A program made the position numbers and the translations under genes. The notes under the pieces are model-generated. The model saw only the letters and a list, made by a program, of their open reading frames with translations. It was not told the DNA's origin and did no database searches. Of a stretch of DNA of 34,317 nt, positions 16,648 to 27,025 are shown piece after piece. The stretch is from Clostridia bacterium. Lineage in GTDB: Bacteria; Bacillota; Clostridia; Oscillospirales; CAG-272. The DNA is taken from positions 1 through 34,317 of the forward strand of contig JAGBIB010000105.1 in the NCBI GenBank assembly GCA_017935195.1, given 5' to 3'. Position 1 is the first letter of the stretch. Each line of letters begins with the position of its first letter.

Positions 16648-18663
16648 ATGGCTGTCAAAAAGACCGCAGAAGAAAAGATCGTGAAAGAAGAATACGGAAA
16701 TCACAGTATTACCCAGCTAAAGGGTGCGGACAGAGTGCGCAAGCGCCCTGCGGTCATCTTTGGCTCGGATGGGCTGGAGGGCTGTCAGCACGCCGTTTTT
16801 GAGATCGTTTCAAACTCGGTGGACGAGGCCAAGGAGGGACACGGGGACACCATCATTGTCACCCGCTTTGCAGACCGTTCGGTGCAGGTGGAGGATAGCG
16901 GCAGAGGCGTGCCCATGGGCTATAACGAAAGAGAAAAGCAGTACAACTGGCATTTGATCTTCTGCGAGCTTTATGCCGGCGGCAAATACGAGAACAACAA
17001 GGAAGGGGCAAACTACGGCTACGCTCTCGGACTCAACGGCCTCGGTGCCTGCGCAACTCAGTGTGCCTCCGCCTATATGGAGGTGCGCTCCTACAGAGAC
17101 GGCGTGCTTTCCGAAATGCATTTTAAAAAGGGAAAAGCGGTGGGCAAATTAAAGGAGACCCCCTTGGCCCCCAGAGACAAAAAGCACGGTACCATCATCA
17201 AATGGTTGCCCGATCTGGAGGTGTTTACCGATATTGCCATTCCCAAGGACTACTATGTGGATATGCTCAAGAGGCAGGCGGTGGTCAACAGCGGAGTGCA
17301 TTTCATCTTGAAAAACGAGGTGTCGTCGGGCAAGTTTGAAAGCGAGGAATTCTACTACGAAAACGGCATCACCGACCGTGTAAAAGAGCTGGCGGGCGGC
17401 ACTGAGCTGACCGACCCTGCCTTTTATAGGACCGAGACGATGGGCAGGGACAGAGAGGATCAGGACGATTACAAGCTGAAGGTGGAGATCTCCTTTTGTA
17501 TCTCCAACAAGCTTCGTCAGATCGAATACTACCACAATTCCAGCTGGCTGGAGCATGGCGGTTCTCCCGAAAAGGCGGCAAGGCTTGCCTTTGCCTCCGC
17601 CATCAACAAGTATATCAAAAATGCGGGCAAATATAAAAAAGGGGAGTCGCAGATCCTCTTTTCCGATGTGGCGGAGTGCTTGATCCTTGTGGTCAACAGC
17701 TCCTCTACCAAGACCTCTTATGAGAACCAGACCAAAAAGGCGGTGACCAACAGCTTCATTGCCGAGTTTATGACCGAATGGTTCAAAAAGACCCTTGCCA
17801 TCTACTTTACCGAGCATCCCGAGGAGGCTGAGAGGATCGCCAACCAGGTGTTGATCAACAAGCGCTCCAGAGAAAAGGCAAACGAGATCAAGCTGGACGT
17901 GAAAAAGAAGCTTTCTGCCTCCATGGACGTGGCAAACAGGGTGGAAAAGTACGTTTGCTGTCGAAGCAAGGACCCTGAAAGAAGGGAAGTGTATATCGTG
18001 GAGGGAGATTCGGCGCTGGGTAGCTGTAAGATCAGCCGAAATGCCGAATTTCAGGCACTTTTTGCAGTCAGAGGAAAGACCCTCAATTGCATGAAGGCAG
18101 GCTATGACCGGATTTTTGCCAGCGATGTGATCGTGAATATGCTCAGAGTCATCGGCTGTGGGGTGGAGCTGGAGGGCAAAAAAACAGGCGATCTTTCCAC
18201 CTTTGATTTAAAGAACTTCAAGTGGAGCAAGGTGATCATCTGTACCGATGCCGACGAGGACGGCTTCCAGATCAGAACGCTGATCTTAACGGTCTTTTAC
18301 CGTCTTCTGCCTACCCTCATTGAGCTTGGAAAGGTGTATATTGCCGAAACGCCTCTTTATGAGATCACCGTGAAGGACGATACCTATTTTGCCTATAACG
18401 AAAAGGAGAAGGCAGAGATCCTTGCCTCTCTTGAGGGAAAGAAATACACTCTTCAGCGCTCCAAGGGTCTTGGCGAAAACGATGCGGAAATGATGTCCAA
18501 GACCACCATGAACCCTGCCACAAGGCGTCTTATTCGCGTTTCACCCTCTGATGCTGCCGCAACAGCGCAGATCTTCGAGACCCTTCTTGGAGATGATCTT
18601 GAGGGAAGAAAGCGCTTCATCGCCGAAAACGGGCGGAATTATATGAACGTGATCGACGTTTAA
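16648..18663 (+). CDS. Type IIA DNA topoisomerase subunit B (GyrB/ParE-like, divergent clostridial paralogue)
   Basis: VRKRP, EIVSNSVDE, DSGRGVP, AGGKY, GLNGLG (GHKL ATPase); VEGDSA, RGK, DADEDG (TOPRIM); KGLGE. Confidence 0.9.
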   Translation: MAVKKTAEEKIVKEEYGNHSITQLKGADRVRKRPAVIFGSDGLEGCQHAVFEIVSNSVDEAKEGHGDTIIVTRFADRSVQVEDSGRGVPMGYNEREKQYNWHLIFCELYAGGKYENNKEGANYGYALGLNGLGACATQCASAYMEVRSYRDGVLSEMHFKKGKAVGKLKETPLAPRDKKHGTIIKWLPDLEVFTDIAIPKDYYVDMLKRQAVVNSGVHFILKNEVSSGKFESEEFYYENGITDRVKELAGGTELTDPAFYRTETMGRDREDQDDYKLKVEISFCISNKLRQIEYYHNSSWLEHGGSPEKAARLAFASAINKYIKNAGKYKKGESQILFSDVAECLILVVNSSSTKTSYENQTKKAVTNSFIAEFMTEWFKKTLAIYFTEHPEEAERIANQVLINKRSREKANEIKLDVKKKLSASMDVANRVEKYVCCRSKDPERREVYIVEGDSALGSCKISRNAEFQALFAVRGKTLNCMKAGYDRIFASDVIVNMLRVIGCGVELEGKKTGDLSTFDLKNFKWSKVIICTDADEDGFQIRTLILTVFYRLLPTLIELGKVYIAETPLYEITVKDDTYFAYNEKEKAEILASLEGKKYTLQRSKGLGENDAEMMSKTTMNPATRRLIRVSPSDAAATAQIFETLLGDDLEGRKRFIAENGRNYMNVIDV

Positions 18664-18669
18664 ACGGTG

Positions 18670-18706
18670 AAAACGCCCGAGAAAGCAAGACTTTCGGGCG
18701 TTTTTT
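18670..18706 (+). terminator. Intrinsic terminator
   Basis: AAAACGCCCGA...TCGGGCGTTTTTT. Confidence 0.8.
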
Positions 18707-18755
18707 GTCATTTTAAACCTCTTTAACGCCCAAAATCAAAAAAGGGAGAATCCAC

Positions 18756-21700
18756 ATGCTTCAATTCGTTTACGGCTGTCCCGGAGGGGGCAAGAGCCGA
18801 TTTATATTTGAGACCATTGCCAAAAGAAGCAGAGAAGGGGCGAGGGTGATTTTGCTGGTGCCCGAGCGCTTTTCGCTTACCGCCGAGCAGCAGATCTGTG
18901 CCCTTTGCGACAAAGAGGAGATGCTCAGAGTGGAGGTGCTGTCCTTTAAGCGCCTTTGCAATCGAGTCTTTCGGGAATACGGCGGACTTTGCTATAATTA
19001 TGCGGGGATCGGTGGGCAGACGCTGATTGCCTACCGTGCTCTTTGCGGTGTGAAGGACAGACTGCGGAATTTTTCGTCGCTCAAGCTTTCCGACTATGCA
19101 ACGGTGTCGGCCATCCACGGCGGACTTGTCAATCTCCGTCGGGCGGGGGTAAGCTTCAATACCCTTTACGACCTTGCAAAAGGCGAGGACGGTGATCCCC
19201 TGCAGGGCAAGACCAAGCTCAAGGAAAAGCTGCACGATCTTGCCTTGATCGGTATGGAATACGACCGCCTTCTTTCCGAAAAATACGACGATCCCGAAAG
19301 GGATCTGGAGCGTCTGCTTGCTTTACTTGACAAGCACCCCTTTTTTGCCGATAAGGAGGTCTTTGTTGACGCCACCTCAGCTTTTTCAAAGCAGGAGCTG
19401 GAGGTTCTTTTCCGCGTGCTTTTGCAGGGTGCGCCTTTGACGGTCGCATTACAAAAAAGAGAGCGGGATGACCGCCGGATGCTCAAAAGGATCGATTACT
19501 GCAAGAATGCCCTTGTCGATCTTGCCCGCAGGTTGAATATGCCCTACAGGACTCTTGCCGAGTGCGATCATCCCTACCTGAAAGAGGCTGAAGACCTGCT
19601 CCATCTTGAAAGAAATTTGTATGCTCTTGAGGAGCGCCCCTTTGAAGGCTGTGCCGAGCATATCGTTCTTGAGCGATGCGCCTCTCCTTATGAGGAGTGC
19701 AAGCAGATCGCCGCACGGGTTTTAAAGGATGTGAGCGAGTGCGGGGGACGGTTTAAGGACCATGCCGTGGTGGTGCGCACGATGGATGAGTACGAGGGCA
19801 TTTTGAGGGGTGTGCTTGAGGCAAACGGCATTCCCTATACCTTGTCTTCCCCTGTCTGCTTATCCGGTCGGGGAGGGGCAAGGGTGCTTCTGACAGCGCT
19901 GGATCTGTTTTGCCGCAGAGGGCGCTTTGAGGACTTGCGCAGCTATCTGAAGAGTGGCTATTGCGGACTTACCGATGAAGAGTGCTTCCTTTTGGAGGAC
20001 TATGCCAATCTGTGGCATATTGAGGGGATGCGCTGGTTTTCAGACCGTCCCTTCACCATGAATCCAAACGGTCACACCACGGAACGGGACGAAGAGACGG
20101 CAGAGCGCCTTTTGCAGATCAATGAAACGAGAAGCAAGCTGATCGCCCCGCTTTTGCCTCTTTTTGCGGGACTTTCCTCGGGAACAAGGGCGTGTGACTT
20201 CGCCTCCGCACTTTATGAATATGCCCTTACATTGGGACTTCCCACTGCTTTAAAGGAGAAAGCAGCCAAAGCCATCGGCGAAGGGCAGGGACAGCAGGCG
20301 CAATGGCATCTTGCCACCTTTAAAGAGATCTGTGCGGCTCTTGACGAGCTTTGCTATTCCTTTGGAGACGAGCCTCTTACCTGCGAGCAGTTTGCCCTTG
20401 CTCTGCGTGCTCTTTTTGACAGTCGGGAGCTGGGGAGCATACCCGGCGGACAGGACAGAGTCCTTCTTTCCGATGCGTTCAATTTGAAGCCCGGTGATGT
20501 GCGCTGCCTTTATATCGCAGGGATGAACGACGGTGTGTTTCCCGCACCTCCCGCATCTCCCGTGATGTTCGGCTATGGAGAGCTGGAGGCACTGGCGAAA
20601 GTGGGTGTGGATCTTTCAAAGGATGCCGACAGAGCGGTCTTTGACGAGCAGTATACCGCCTACGCTGCCCTGACGTTGCCTTATGAAAAGCTGACCGTCC
20701 TTTGCCATCAAAAGGATGGCAAGGGCAGAACGTCAAAACCCTCCGAGCTCTTTTTGCGACTGGAAGAAATGTTCAAGGACCGTCAAGAGCAAGAGGAGGA
20801 TCTGCTTTACGGCAGAGCGATCTGCCTTGAAAAGGCCTTGAAGAACGACGGAAGCATAGAGAGCAGCGTCTTGCTTGCATGTTTTGAAGAGGAGAACGCT
20901 TCTCTGCTTTCAAATTTGGTTAACGCACCGCTGGTCACTACGGCAGAATTCTTGAGGCCCGAAAGAACGGATGCCCTTTACGGAAACGGGCCGCTGAAGG
21001 TGAGTAAAAGCCGTCTTGAGACCTTCATCAACTGTCCCTTTTCCTATACCTGCAAATATCTTCTGCGCTTAAAGGAGGATGTGACCGAGACGGCGGGTGC
21101 CAATGAGATCGGCACCATTTTCCACACCGTTTTCGAGGATCTGATCAATGGTGCGCAGAAGGAGGGTGTTTCCTTCGGATCGCTGAGTGACGAGCAGATC
21201 GAAAAGAGGGTGAAGGAGATCACCGAGCAGATCGGCAGAGATCTCACGGGCGAGGATGAGGACGAGGGGGCTGTGATGGCACAGCTTTTGAGAAGGGTAA
21301 AAAACGCTGCCGTCATTTTTTCCGAAAATCTGCGCGATGAATTTGAAGGCAGTGCCTTCAAGCCCACCTTTTGCGAGCTGCCCTTTGAGGAGGGCAGGAC
21401 CAAGGACAGCTTTTCTCTGCCGCCGTTATATTCGGACGGTGAGCATCCGGTGATCATCAACGGCATTGCCGACCGAGTGGACGTCTATCGCACCGAGGAC
21501 AAGGTGTACGTAAGGGTAGTGGACTATAAAACGGGCAAAATGGTCTTTCGTCGTACCGATCTTGAAAAGGGCTTCAATTTGCAGCTTTTGCTTTATTTAA
21601 GAGCCCTTCGCGACTGCAGGGATCCCGAATTCCTTTCCCTGGCAGGGGCAAAGGAGGGCGACTTGATCGTGCCTGCGGGAGTGCAGTACTACATGGCGCG

Positions 21701-22064
21701 CAAACCCTCCCTTTCCCTTGAAAAGGCGATGGAAAAGGAGGAGATCCGCAGCGCTCTTGCCGCGGGGATCTTACGAAGCGGATGGCTTATCGAGGATGAG
21801 CAGATGAAGGAGGCGCTCGGAATACCGGGGCTTGCCTTCAGCCAAAAGGATCACGAACGAAGTGGGGTAGAGGATTTAAACGCCACCCTTGACGGCCTTG
21901 ACGATATCCTTTCGGGCATTGCCGGACGGATGAAGGCGGGAGATGCCTGTGCCACTCCCGAGGGAGCATCCAAGGGAGAAACAGGCTGTAAATACTGTAA
22001 AATGCGTCCTATCTGCCGCAATATCGGCATGGATGAGGACGAAGACACGGGAAAGGAGGGATGA
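18756..22064 (+). CDS. addB: ATP-dependent helicase/nuclease subunit B
   Basis: G.PGGGKS, LLVPE.FS, GMNDGVFP, S.SRLETF..CPF.Y, IADRVD..VVDYKTG, QL..Y, CKYC..RPIC FeS staple. Confidence 0.92.
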   Translation: MLQFVYGCPGGGKSRFIFETIAKRSREGARVILLVPERFSLTAEQQICALCDKEEMLRVEVLSFKRLCNRVFREYGGLCYNYAGIGGQTLIAYRALCGVKDRLRNFSSLKLSDYATVSAIHGGLVNLRRAGVSFNTLYDLAKGEDGDPLQGKTKLKEKLHDLALIGMEYDRLLSEKYDDPERDLERLLALLDKHPFFADKEVFVDATSAFSKQELEVLFRVLLQGAPLTVALQKRERDDRRMLKRIDYCKNALVDLARRLNMPYRTLAECDHPYLKEAEDLLHLERNLYALEERPFEGCAEHIVLERCASPYEECKQIAARVLKDVSECGGRFKDHAVVVRTMDEYEGILRGVLEANGIPYTLSSPVCLSGRGGARVLLTALDLFCRRGRFEDLRSYLKSGYCGLTDEECFLLEDYANLWHIEGMRWFSDRPFTMNPNGHTTERDEETAERLLQINETRSKLIAPLLPLFAGLSSGTRACDFASALYEYALTLGLPTALKEKAAKAIGEGQGQQAQWHLATFKEICAALDELCYSFGDEPLTCEQFALALRALFDSRELGSIPGGQDRVLLSDAFNLKPGDVRCLYIAGMNDGVFPAPPASPVMFGYGELEALAKVGVDLSKDADRAVFDEQYTAYAALTLPYEKLTVLCHQKDGKGRTSKPSELFLRLEEMFKDRQEQEEDLLYGRAICLEKALKNDGSIESSVLLACFEEENASLLSNLVNAPLVTTAEFLRPERTDALYGNGPLKVSKSRLETFINCPFSYTCKYLLRLKEDVTETAGANEIGTIFHTVFEDLINGAQKEGVSFGSLSDEQIEKRVKEITEQIGRDLTGEDEDEGAVMAQLLRRVKNAAVIFSENLRDEFEGSAFKPTFCELPFEEGRTKDSFSLPPLYSDGEHPVIINGIADRVDVYRTEDKVYVRVVDYKTGKMVFRRTDLEKGFNLQLLLYLRALRDCRDPEFLSLAGAKEGDLIVPAGVQYYMARKPSLSLEKAMEKEEIRSALAAGILRSGWLIEDEQMKEALGIPGLAFSQKDHERSGVEDLNATLDGLDDILSGIAGRMKAGDACATPEGASKGETGCKYCKMRPICRNIGMDEDEDTGKEG

Positions 22065-22067
22065 AAA

Positions 22068-25000
22068 ATGGCTTTTAAACCAAACGAGGAACAGATCGTT
22101 GCCATTGAAAAGCGGAATACAGACCTGCTTGTTTCCGCCTCTGCGGGAGCGGGAAAGACCGCTTGCCTTTGTCAGCGTATCGTTTTGGGCTTGACCGATG
22201 AAAAGGCTCCCATGGATCTGTCAAGGCTTCTGGTGGTCACCTTTACCCGTGCCGCCGCCGCTGAGATGAGAGAGCGCATCGGCCAAATGATCAACGAGCG
22301 TCTTTTGGCCATTTCAAAGGGAGAGGAGCAGGATGCCGATGGGCGTAAGCGGTCTGTTTTACGGGATCAGCTTGTAAAATTGCCTCTGGCTCACATCGGT
22401 ACCATTGACAGCTTTTGTCTGGATCTGATCAAAAATAATTTTCAGCGTCTGGAGATCTCTGCTTCGGTGCGTATTGCCGACGATGCCGAGCTTACTCGCA
22501 TAAAGGAGCGGCTGATGCGACGGGTGATGGGCAGAGTGCGGGGAGAAAACGAGCAGATTTTCGATCAGCTGACCGACGGTCTTTTAAATGCCTATCCCGA
22601 TGACAAGCTGCCCACAACGCTGATCGGCTTTTACGAACAGACCCTTTCTTATCCCGGAGGTCTTTCCTGTCTGAAGGAGGCAGAAGCGCTGGCTCTTTCC
22701 GATGGCGAAAAATGCTATGGGGAGAGCGAAAGCGGCAGGGCGTGCTTAGAGCGTACCGCAAACGAGCTATCCTTTTTCATTCTCGATTACGAGCGGTACA
22801 CCACTTTGATCTCAAGTGAAGCAAAGAGCGTCAAGCTGAAAGCACAGCTTGAAGAGGAATCGGAGCTGCTTCGCGAGATCAGATATTTGCTGACGATCGA
22901 CCCCGATGCCGCCCTCAGGAGAGCAGAGGGCTACGAATTTCGTAATCTTGCTCCCGGTGAAAAGTGTCCCGAAAGAGAGTATTTCATGCGGATGCGCACG
23001 GTGGCAAAAAAGTTTATCAAGAGCAGACGCAGTATGCGCCTTGATTTTGATCTTTTGTCTCACGGGCAGCAGATGCTGCAAACGGCAGAGATTCTTTCCT
23101 GCTATCACCGCTTGCTTTCCCTTTACAGCGAGGAGCTTGATCAGCGGAAAAAGAAGATGGGGGTCATCGAGTTTTCCGATATTCTTCTGCTTGCCGAAAA
23201 GCTTTTATATAACGAGGACGGCAGTATCAGCGACTATGCCCGTGAGCTTTCTTCCGGGTTTGACGAAATTTATATCGACGAATTTCAGGATGTCAACGAT
23301 CTGCAGGAGAAGATCTTTACCGCACTTGCAAAGGGGAACCGTTTTCTTGTGGGCGATGTGAAGCAGAGCATCTACGGCTTTCGAGGTGCCTGTCCTCACA
23401 TTTTCAGCCGCAAAAGAGATTCCTACCCCATGCACGACAAAAACGAAGCCCAGGGCAAGCTCTTTTTGACCAAAAACTACCGCAGTAACAGCGGCGTATT
23501 GCACTTTGTCAACGCCACCTGCGGGCCCCTGCTTTCCCTTTGTACCGACATGACCTACTATAGAGAGGACGATTTGCAGGCAGGCAACGAAAAGCTTCTG
23601 CCCGTTCTGCCTCAGCTTTGCCTTGTTTCCGGTTCCAAGACCTTTTTACCCGAGACGGAAAATAAGGAGGCAAGTTATACTGCCAAATGCATTGCGGAGA
23701 TGATCCGAAAGGGTGAAAAGCCCTCGGATATCATGATTCTGGTTCGTAGCAGGAACCAGCCGCTGGTCGACCTTCTTTCTGCCCTTGAAAGAGAGGGTGT
23801 GGAGGTGGAGACCGAGCGGGGAGCCACCTTTTTCAAGACCCCCGAGATCCTGTTGATGAAGGCTCTTCTTGGGGCCATTGACAATCCTACCTCCGATATT
23901 TCGCTGGTTGCCGCTTTGAAAAGTCCTGCCTTCGGATTCACGCTTGAGGAGCTGTTTGAGATCAGAAAGGCCGGAAAAGGTAGCTTTTACAGCGCCTTGA
24001 AGGCATATGTGAAAGAGACGCAAGAGCAGAAGGTGACCTTGGCGCTTGCCTTTTTGGAGCGCTGTCGGGAAATGGCGAGAGAGCAGACGGCGGACGAAAT
24101 GGTGTGGTGGCTTCTTGATCGACTTGCTCTTGCCCCTCTGCTGGGCGTGGAGGAGGAAAGCGATCGGGGAGAGGAGATCTCCTCAAATCTTCTTGCCTTT
24201 TACGGCATTGCGCGTTCTTGCGTCCGATCGGGGGCAGGGGAGATTTCTGCCTTCCTTGAGCGGATTGCACAGATGGAAAACAAAAAGGGCAGTGCTTCCG
24301 AGCCGCCCAAAAAGGTGGAAGGCAAGATCAGGCTGATGACCTTCCACGGCTCAAAGGGTCTGCAGTCTCCCGTTTGCTGGCTTTACGGATGCGGGAACGC
24401 CCTTACCTTGAAGGGACGAGGCGTGCCTTTTGACCGCAAATACGGTCCCGGTTTTCTGCTTTTTGAAAAGGAAAACGGTGTCTTGTCCAGCAAAAGCGCC
24501 TTTTATCACAGTGTGATGAGCAATACTGTGGAAAAAGGACTCAACGAGGAGCTGCGTCTTTTGTATGTGGCCATGACCAGAGCCGAGCGAGCGCTTTATA
24601 TCAGCGGCAAGGCATCAAAAGATCTGATGTCACTTGTCGATAATATCGGTGAATCCTTTTTGCCGCTGAAAAGAGAGCATCTGCTTTATCTCAATACCCC
24701 CTGCTACCTCAGTTTTTTGCTGATGGCGCTCCACGGAAGAGGGGATGTGTGCAGGATCTATATTGACCTTTTTCCCACGGTTGAAGAGCAAAAACAGAAA
24801 GAGGAGGATCGGCAGAAAAACCTGTCCGATGAAGAACGTGAGGGAGAAACGAATGTGGAAGCCGAAAGAGCAGCGCTAAAGCAGAGCTTTGAAAAAAGAT
24901 TGGCGTTTGTCTATCCTCACGGTGCATCGGTGGATCTGCCCGCAAAGCTGGCGGCATCTACCCTTGAGCAAGGGGTGCTTGACGACAGAGGAAGGCGCCT

Positions 25001-25616
25001 GCTTTTAAAGGAGCTGGCACAGGAGCCGCCCGTGCCCGCCTTTTACGCAAACGAAAAAATGCGTCCCTCTGCCACCGCCATCGGCACAGCAACCCACGCA
25101 TTCATGCAGTTCTGCGACTTTGAGAAGGTGGAAAAAGACGGTGTGGATGCCGAGCTGGAACGCTTGAAAGCTCTTGGCTTCTTGGATGAAAAAAGCGCAC
25201 TTCTTGTGGAAAAGAAGGTGATCTCTGCCTTTTTTGAATCAGGCCTTTATAAGCGCATGAAGAGGGCGAGACGGATCTTCAGAGAGCAGCGCTTTATGTA
25301 TGAGGTGCCTGCGCATACCCTGACCGATGACCCTGAAAAAAAGAAGGCGTACGGAGAGGAAACGGTGATCGTGCAGGGCGTGATCGACTGCTTCTTTGAG
25401 GACGAGCAGGGCAGGGTGGTACTCTTTGACTATAAGACCGACCGCTTCGGCAGGCAGGCTCTTGAAAACGAAGGGGCGTGCGAGGAGCTTTTGCGCTTGC
25501 GCCACGGCAGTCAGCTGCTTCGGTATCGCTCTGCGGTGGAGGGACTGCTTTCAAAAAAGGTGGATGAGGTACTGCTTTATTCCTTTGCTTTGGGCAGGGC
25601 AGTGTCGGTGCTTTGA
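22068..25616 (+). CDS. addA: ATP-dependent helicase/nuclease subunit A
   Basis: ASAGAGKT, VTFTRAAA.EM, DEFQD, GDVKQSIYGFRGA, NYRS, TFHGSKGL, YVAMTRA, QGVID..DYKTD. Confidence 0.93.
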   Translation: MAFKPNEEQIVAIEKRNTDLLVSASAGAGKTACLCQRIVLGLTDEKAPMDLSRLLVVTFTRAAAAEMRERIGQMINERLLAISKGEEQDADGRKRSVLRDQLVKLPLAHIGTIDSFCLDLIKNNFQRLEISASVRIADDAELTRIKERLMRRVMGRVRGENEQIFDQLTDGLLNAYPDDKLPTTLIGFYEQTLSYPGGLSCLKEAEALALSDGEKCYGESESGRACLERTANELSFFILDYERYTTLISSEAKSVKLKAQLEEESELLREIRYLLTIDPDAALRRAEGYEFRNLAPGEKCPEREYFMRMRTVAKKFIKSRRSMRLDFDLLSHGQQMLQTAEILSCYHRLLSLYSEELDQRKKKMGVIEFSDILLLAEKLLYNEDGSISDYARELSSGFDEIYIDEFQDVNDLQEKIFTALAKGNRFLVGDVKQSIYGFRGACPHIFSRKRDSYPMHDKNEAQGKLFLTKNYRSNSGVLHFVNATCGPLLSLCTDMTYYREDDLQAGNEKLLPVLPQLCLVSGSKTFLPETENKEASYTAKCIAEMIRKGEKPSDIMILVRSRNQPLVDLLSALEREGVEVETERGATFFKTPEILLMKALLGAIDNPTSDISLVAALKSPAFGFTLEELFEIRKAGKGSFYSALKAYVKETQEQKVTLALAFLERCREMAREQTADEMVWWLLDRLALAPLLGVEEESDRGEEISSNLLAFYGIARSCVRSGAGEISAFLERIAQMENKKGSASEPPKKVEGKIRLMTFHGSKGLQSPVCWLYGCGNALTLKGRGVPFDRKYGPGFLLFEKENGVLSSKSAFYHSVMSNTVEKGLNEELRLLYVAMTRAERALYISGKASKDLMSLVDNIGESFLPLKREHLLYLNTPCYLSFLLMALHGRGDVCRIYIDLFPTVEEQKQKEEDRQKNLSDEEREGETNVEAERAALKQSFEKRLAFVYPHGASVDLPAKLAASTLEQGVLDDRGRRLLLKELAQEPPVPAFYANEKMRPSATAIGTATHAFMQFCDFEKVEKDGVDAELERLKALGFLDEKSALLVEKKVISAFFESGLYKRMKRARRIFREQRFMYEVPAHTLTDDPEKKKAYGEETVIVQGVIDCFFEDEQGRVVLFDYKTDRFGRQALENEGACEELLRLRHGSQLLRYRSAVEGLLSKKVDEVLLYSFALGRAVSVL

Positions 25617-25812
25617 TCGCTGATGCCCGAACTCTTTTGCCTTGATCCGGCTTCCCCTGATCTTGCCGTCGGGGGAAGTCTTTTTGATGTAATTTCCCGA
25701 CAAAAAAGGGCGGGGGAGCCTTTGCGGGAAAAGAGAGGGCGAAGAGGGTGAGAAAAAATGAAATTTTTTTATTTAAATATAAAATATAGCTCCTATCAGT
25801 AAAGATTATCGG

Positions 25813-25840
25813 TTGACTTTTTTGAAAAAAGTGATATAAT
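25813..25840 (+). promoter_or_regulatory. sigma70 promoter of mdh-hdr-flx operon
   Basis: TTGACT-16 bp-TATAAT with TG extension; overlapped by the palindrome ACTTTTTT-G-AAAAAAGT (25816-25832). Confidence 0.7.
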
Positions 25841-25972
25841 GTATAGTGTATGTGACTGTCGAAAATTCTGTGCGGTGCGAAGAACGACGAAAAAAGGGAG
25901 CGCACCCGTGGCGGAAGCGGCGGACGGATCACAAAAAAGCAGAACGCATTATGCGAAAAAAAGGAGACGAAT

Positions 25973-26917
25973 ATGAACAAAATTACCATCATCGGAACCG
26001 GTAGCGTCGGTTCCACCATCGCGTACACGCTGACCGTTATGGGTCTTGCCTCCGAGATCGTTATGATCGACATCAATAACGAAAAGGCAATGGGCGAAGC
26101 GCTGGATATCCGTCAGGGCACTCCCTTTACCAATGCTTGCTCTCTGTATGCAGGCAGCTACGCAGACGCTGCAAACTCCAATATCGTCATCATCACCTCG
26201 GGTGTTGCAAGAAAGCCCGGTCAGTCCAGACTGGATCTGGCTCAGACCAACGTCAACATCTTAAAGAGCATCATTCCCGAGATCACCAAGTACGCTCCCG
26301 ATGCCATCTATCTGCTGGTGAGCAACCCCGTTGACATCCTGACCTACACCTTCTGCAAGTATTCCGGTCTGCCCGAGGAGAGAATCATCGGTTCGGGTAC
26401 CATTCTCGATACCTCAAGACTCCGTTTCAGACTGTCCGAATACTACAACATCAACCAGCAAAACGTACACGCTTACGTTCTGGGTGAGCACGGTGACTCC
26501 TGCATGGTTCCCTGGTCTCTTGCCAACATCTCCAACATTCCGATTCAGGAATACGGCAAGGCCGTTCAGAAGAACGATAAGATCTATCCCGACCTGAACT
26601 TCCAGGAGGTTGAGGAGTACGTAAAGAAGTCGGGCGGCAGAATCATCAGCCGCAAGGGTGCGACCTTCTATGCTGTTTCTATCTCTGTTTGCCACATCTG
26701 CAAGAGACTGCTCAGCGGTATCGACACCACTATGACCGTTTCCACCATGCTGCACGGTGAATACGGCATCGACGATGTATGTCTGTCTTTGGTGAACGTG
26801 GTCGGTCACGACGGCGCACACAGCAAGGTGCTACTGCCCCTGAACGACCTGGAGGTTCAGCAGCTCAGAGCAAGTGCTGACTGCCTGAAGGGCATCATCA
26901 ACAACATTACTCTGTAA
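25973..26917 (+). CDS. mdh: LDH-like NAD-dependent malate dehydrogenase
   Basis: GTGSVG, SNPVD, LDTSR, GEHGD; substrate loop GVARKPG has Arg (MDH-type) rather than Gln (LDH-type); next to a fumC relic. Confidence 0.75.
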   Translation: MNKITIIGTGSVGSTIAYTLTVMGLASEIVMIDINNEKAMGEALDIRQGTPFTNACSLYAGSYADAANSNIVIITSGVARKPGQSRLDLAQTNVNILKSIIPEITKYAPDAIYLLVSNPVDILTYTFCKYSGLPEERIIGSGTILDTSRLRFRLSEYYNINQQNVHAYVLGEHGDSCMVPWSLANISNIPIQEYGKAVQKNDKIYPDLNFQEVEEYVKKSGGRIISRKGATFYAVSISVCHICKRLLSGIDTTMTVSTMLHGEYGIDDVCLSLVNVVGHDGAHSKVLLPLNDLEVQQLRASADCLKGIINNITL

Positions 26918-26927
26918 TTCTACGCAG

Positions 26928-26961
26928 TTCCCCGAGTGCGCCTTGCGGTGTGCTCGGGGAA
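26928..26961 (+). other. Intercistronic stem-loop without U tract
   Basis: TTCCCCGAGTGCGCC-TTGC-GGTGTGCTCGGGGAA. Confidence 0.6.
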
Positions 26962-27025
26962 ACAGACCCTTAAAACCCGCGCCGTCCGGGATACGTGAGC
27001 TTTCCGAAAGGAGGTATTGCGGCCT

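Noticed and set aside
16392-16658. N-terminal extension of the QueG ORF (likewise extensions at 6454, 8802, 30435 and 31929)
   Set aside because: These overlap promoters or upstream genes; better SD-linked starts lie downstream.
25846-25935. ZTP (pfl) riboswitch, suggested by GACTGTCG...GGGAGC
   Set aside because: Lacks the 3' CGCCUGGG pseudoknot hairpin or a compensatory version; an alternative long hairpin explains the pairing.
25294-26076. 260-aa minus-strand ORF spanning the addA end and mdh start
   Set aside because: Overlaps two real genes and a promoter; low-complexity translation.
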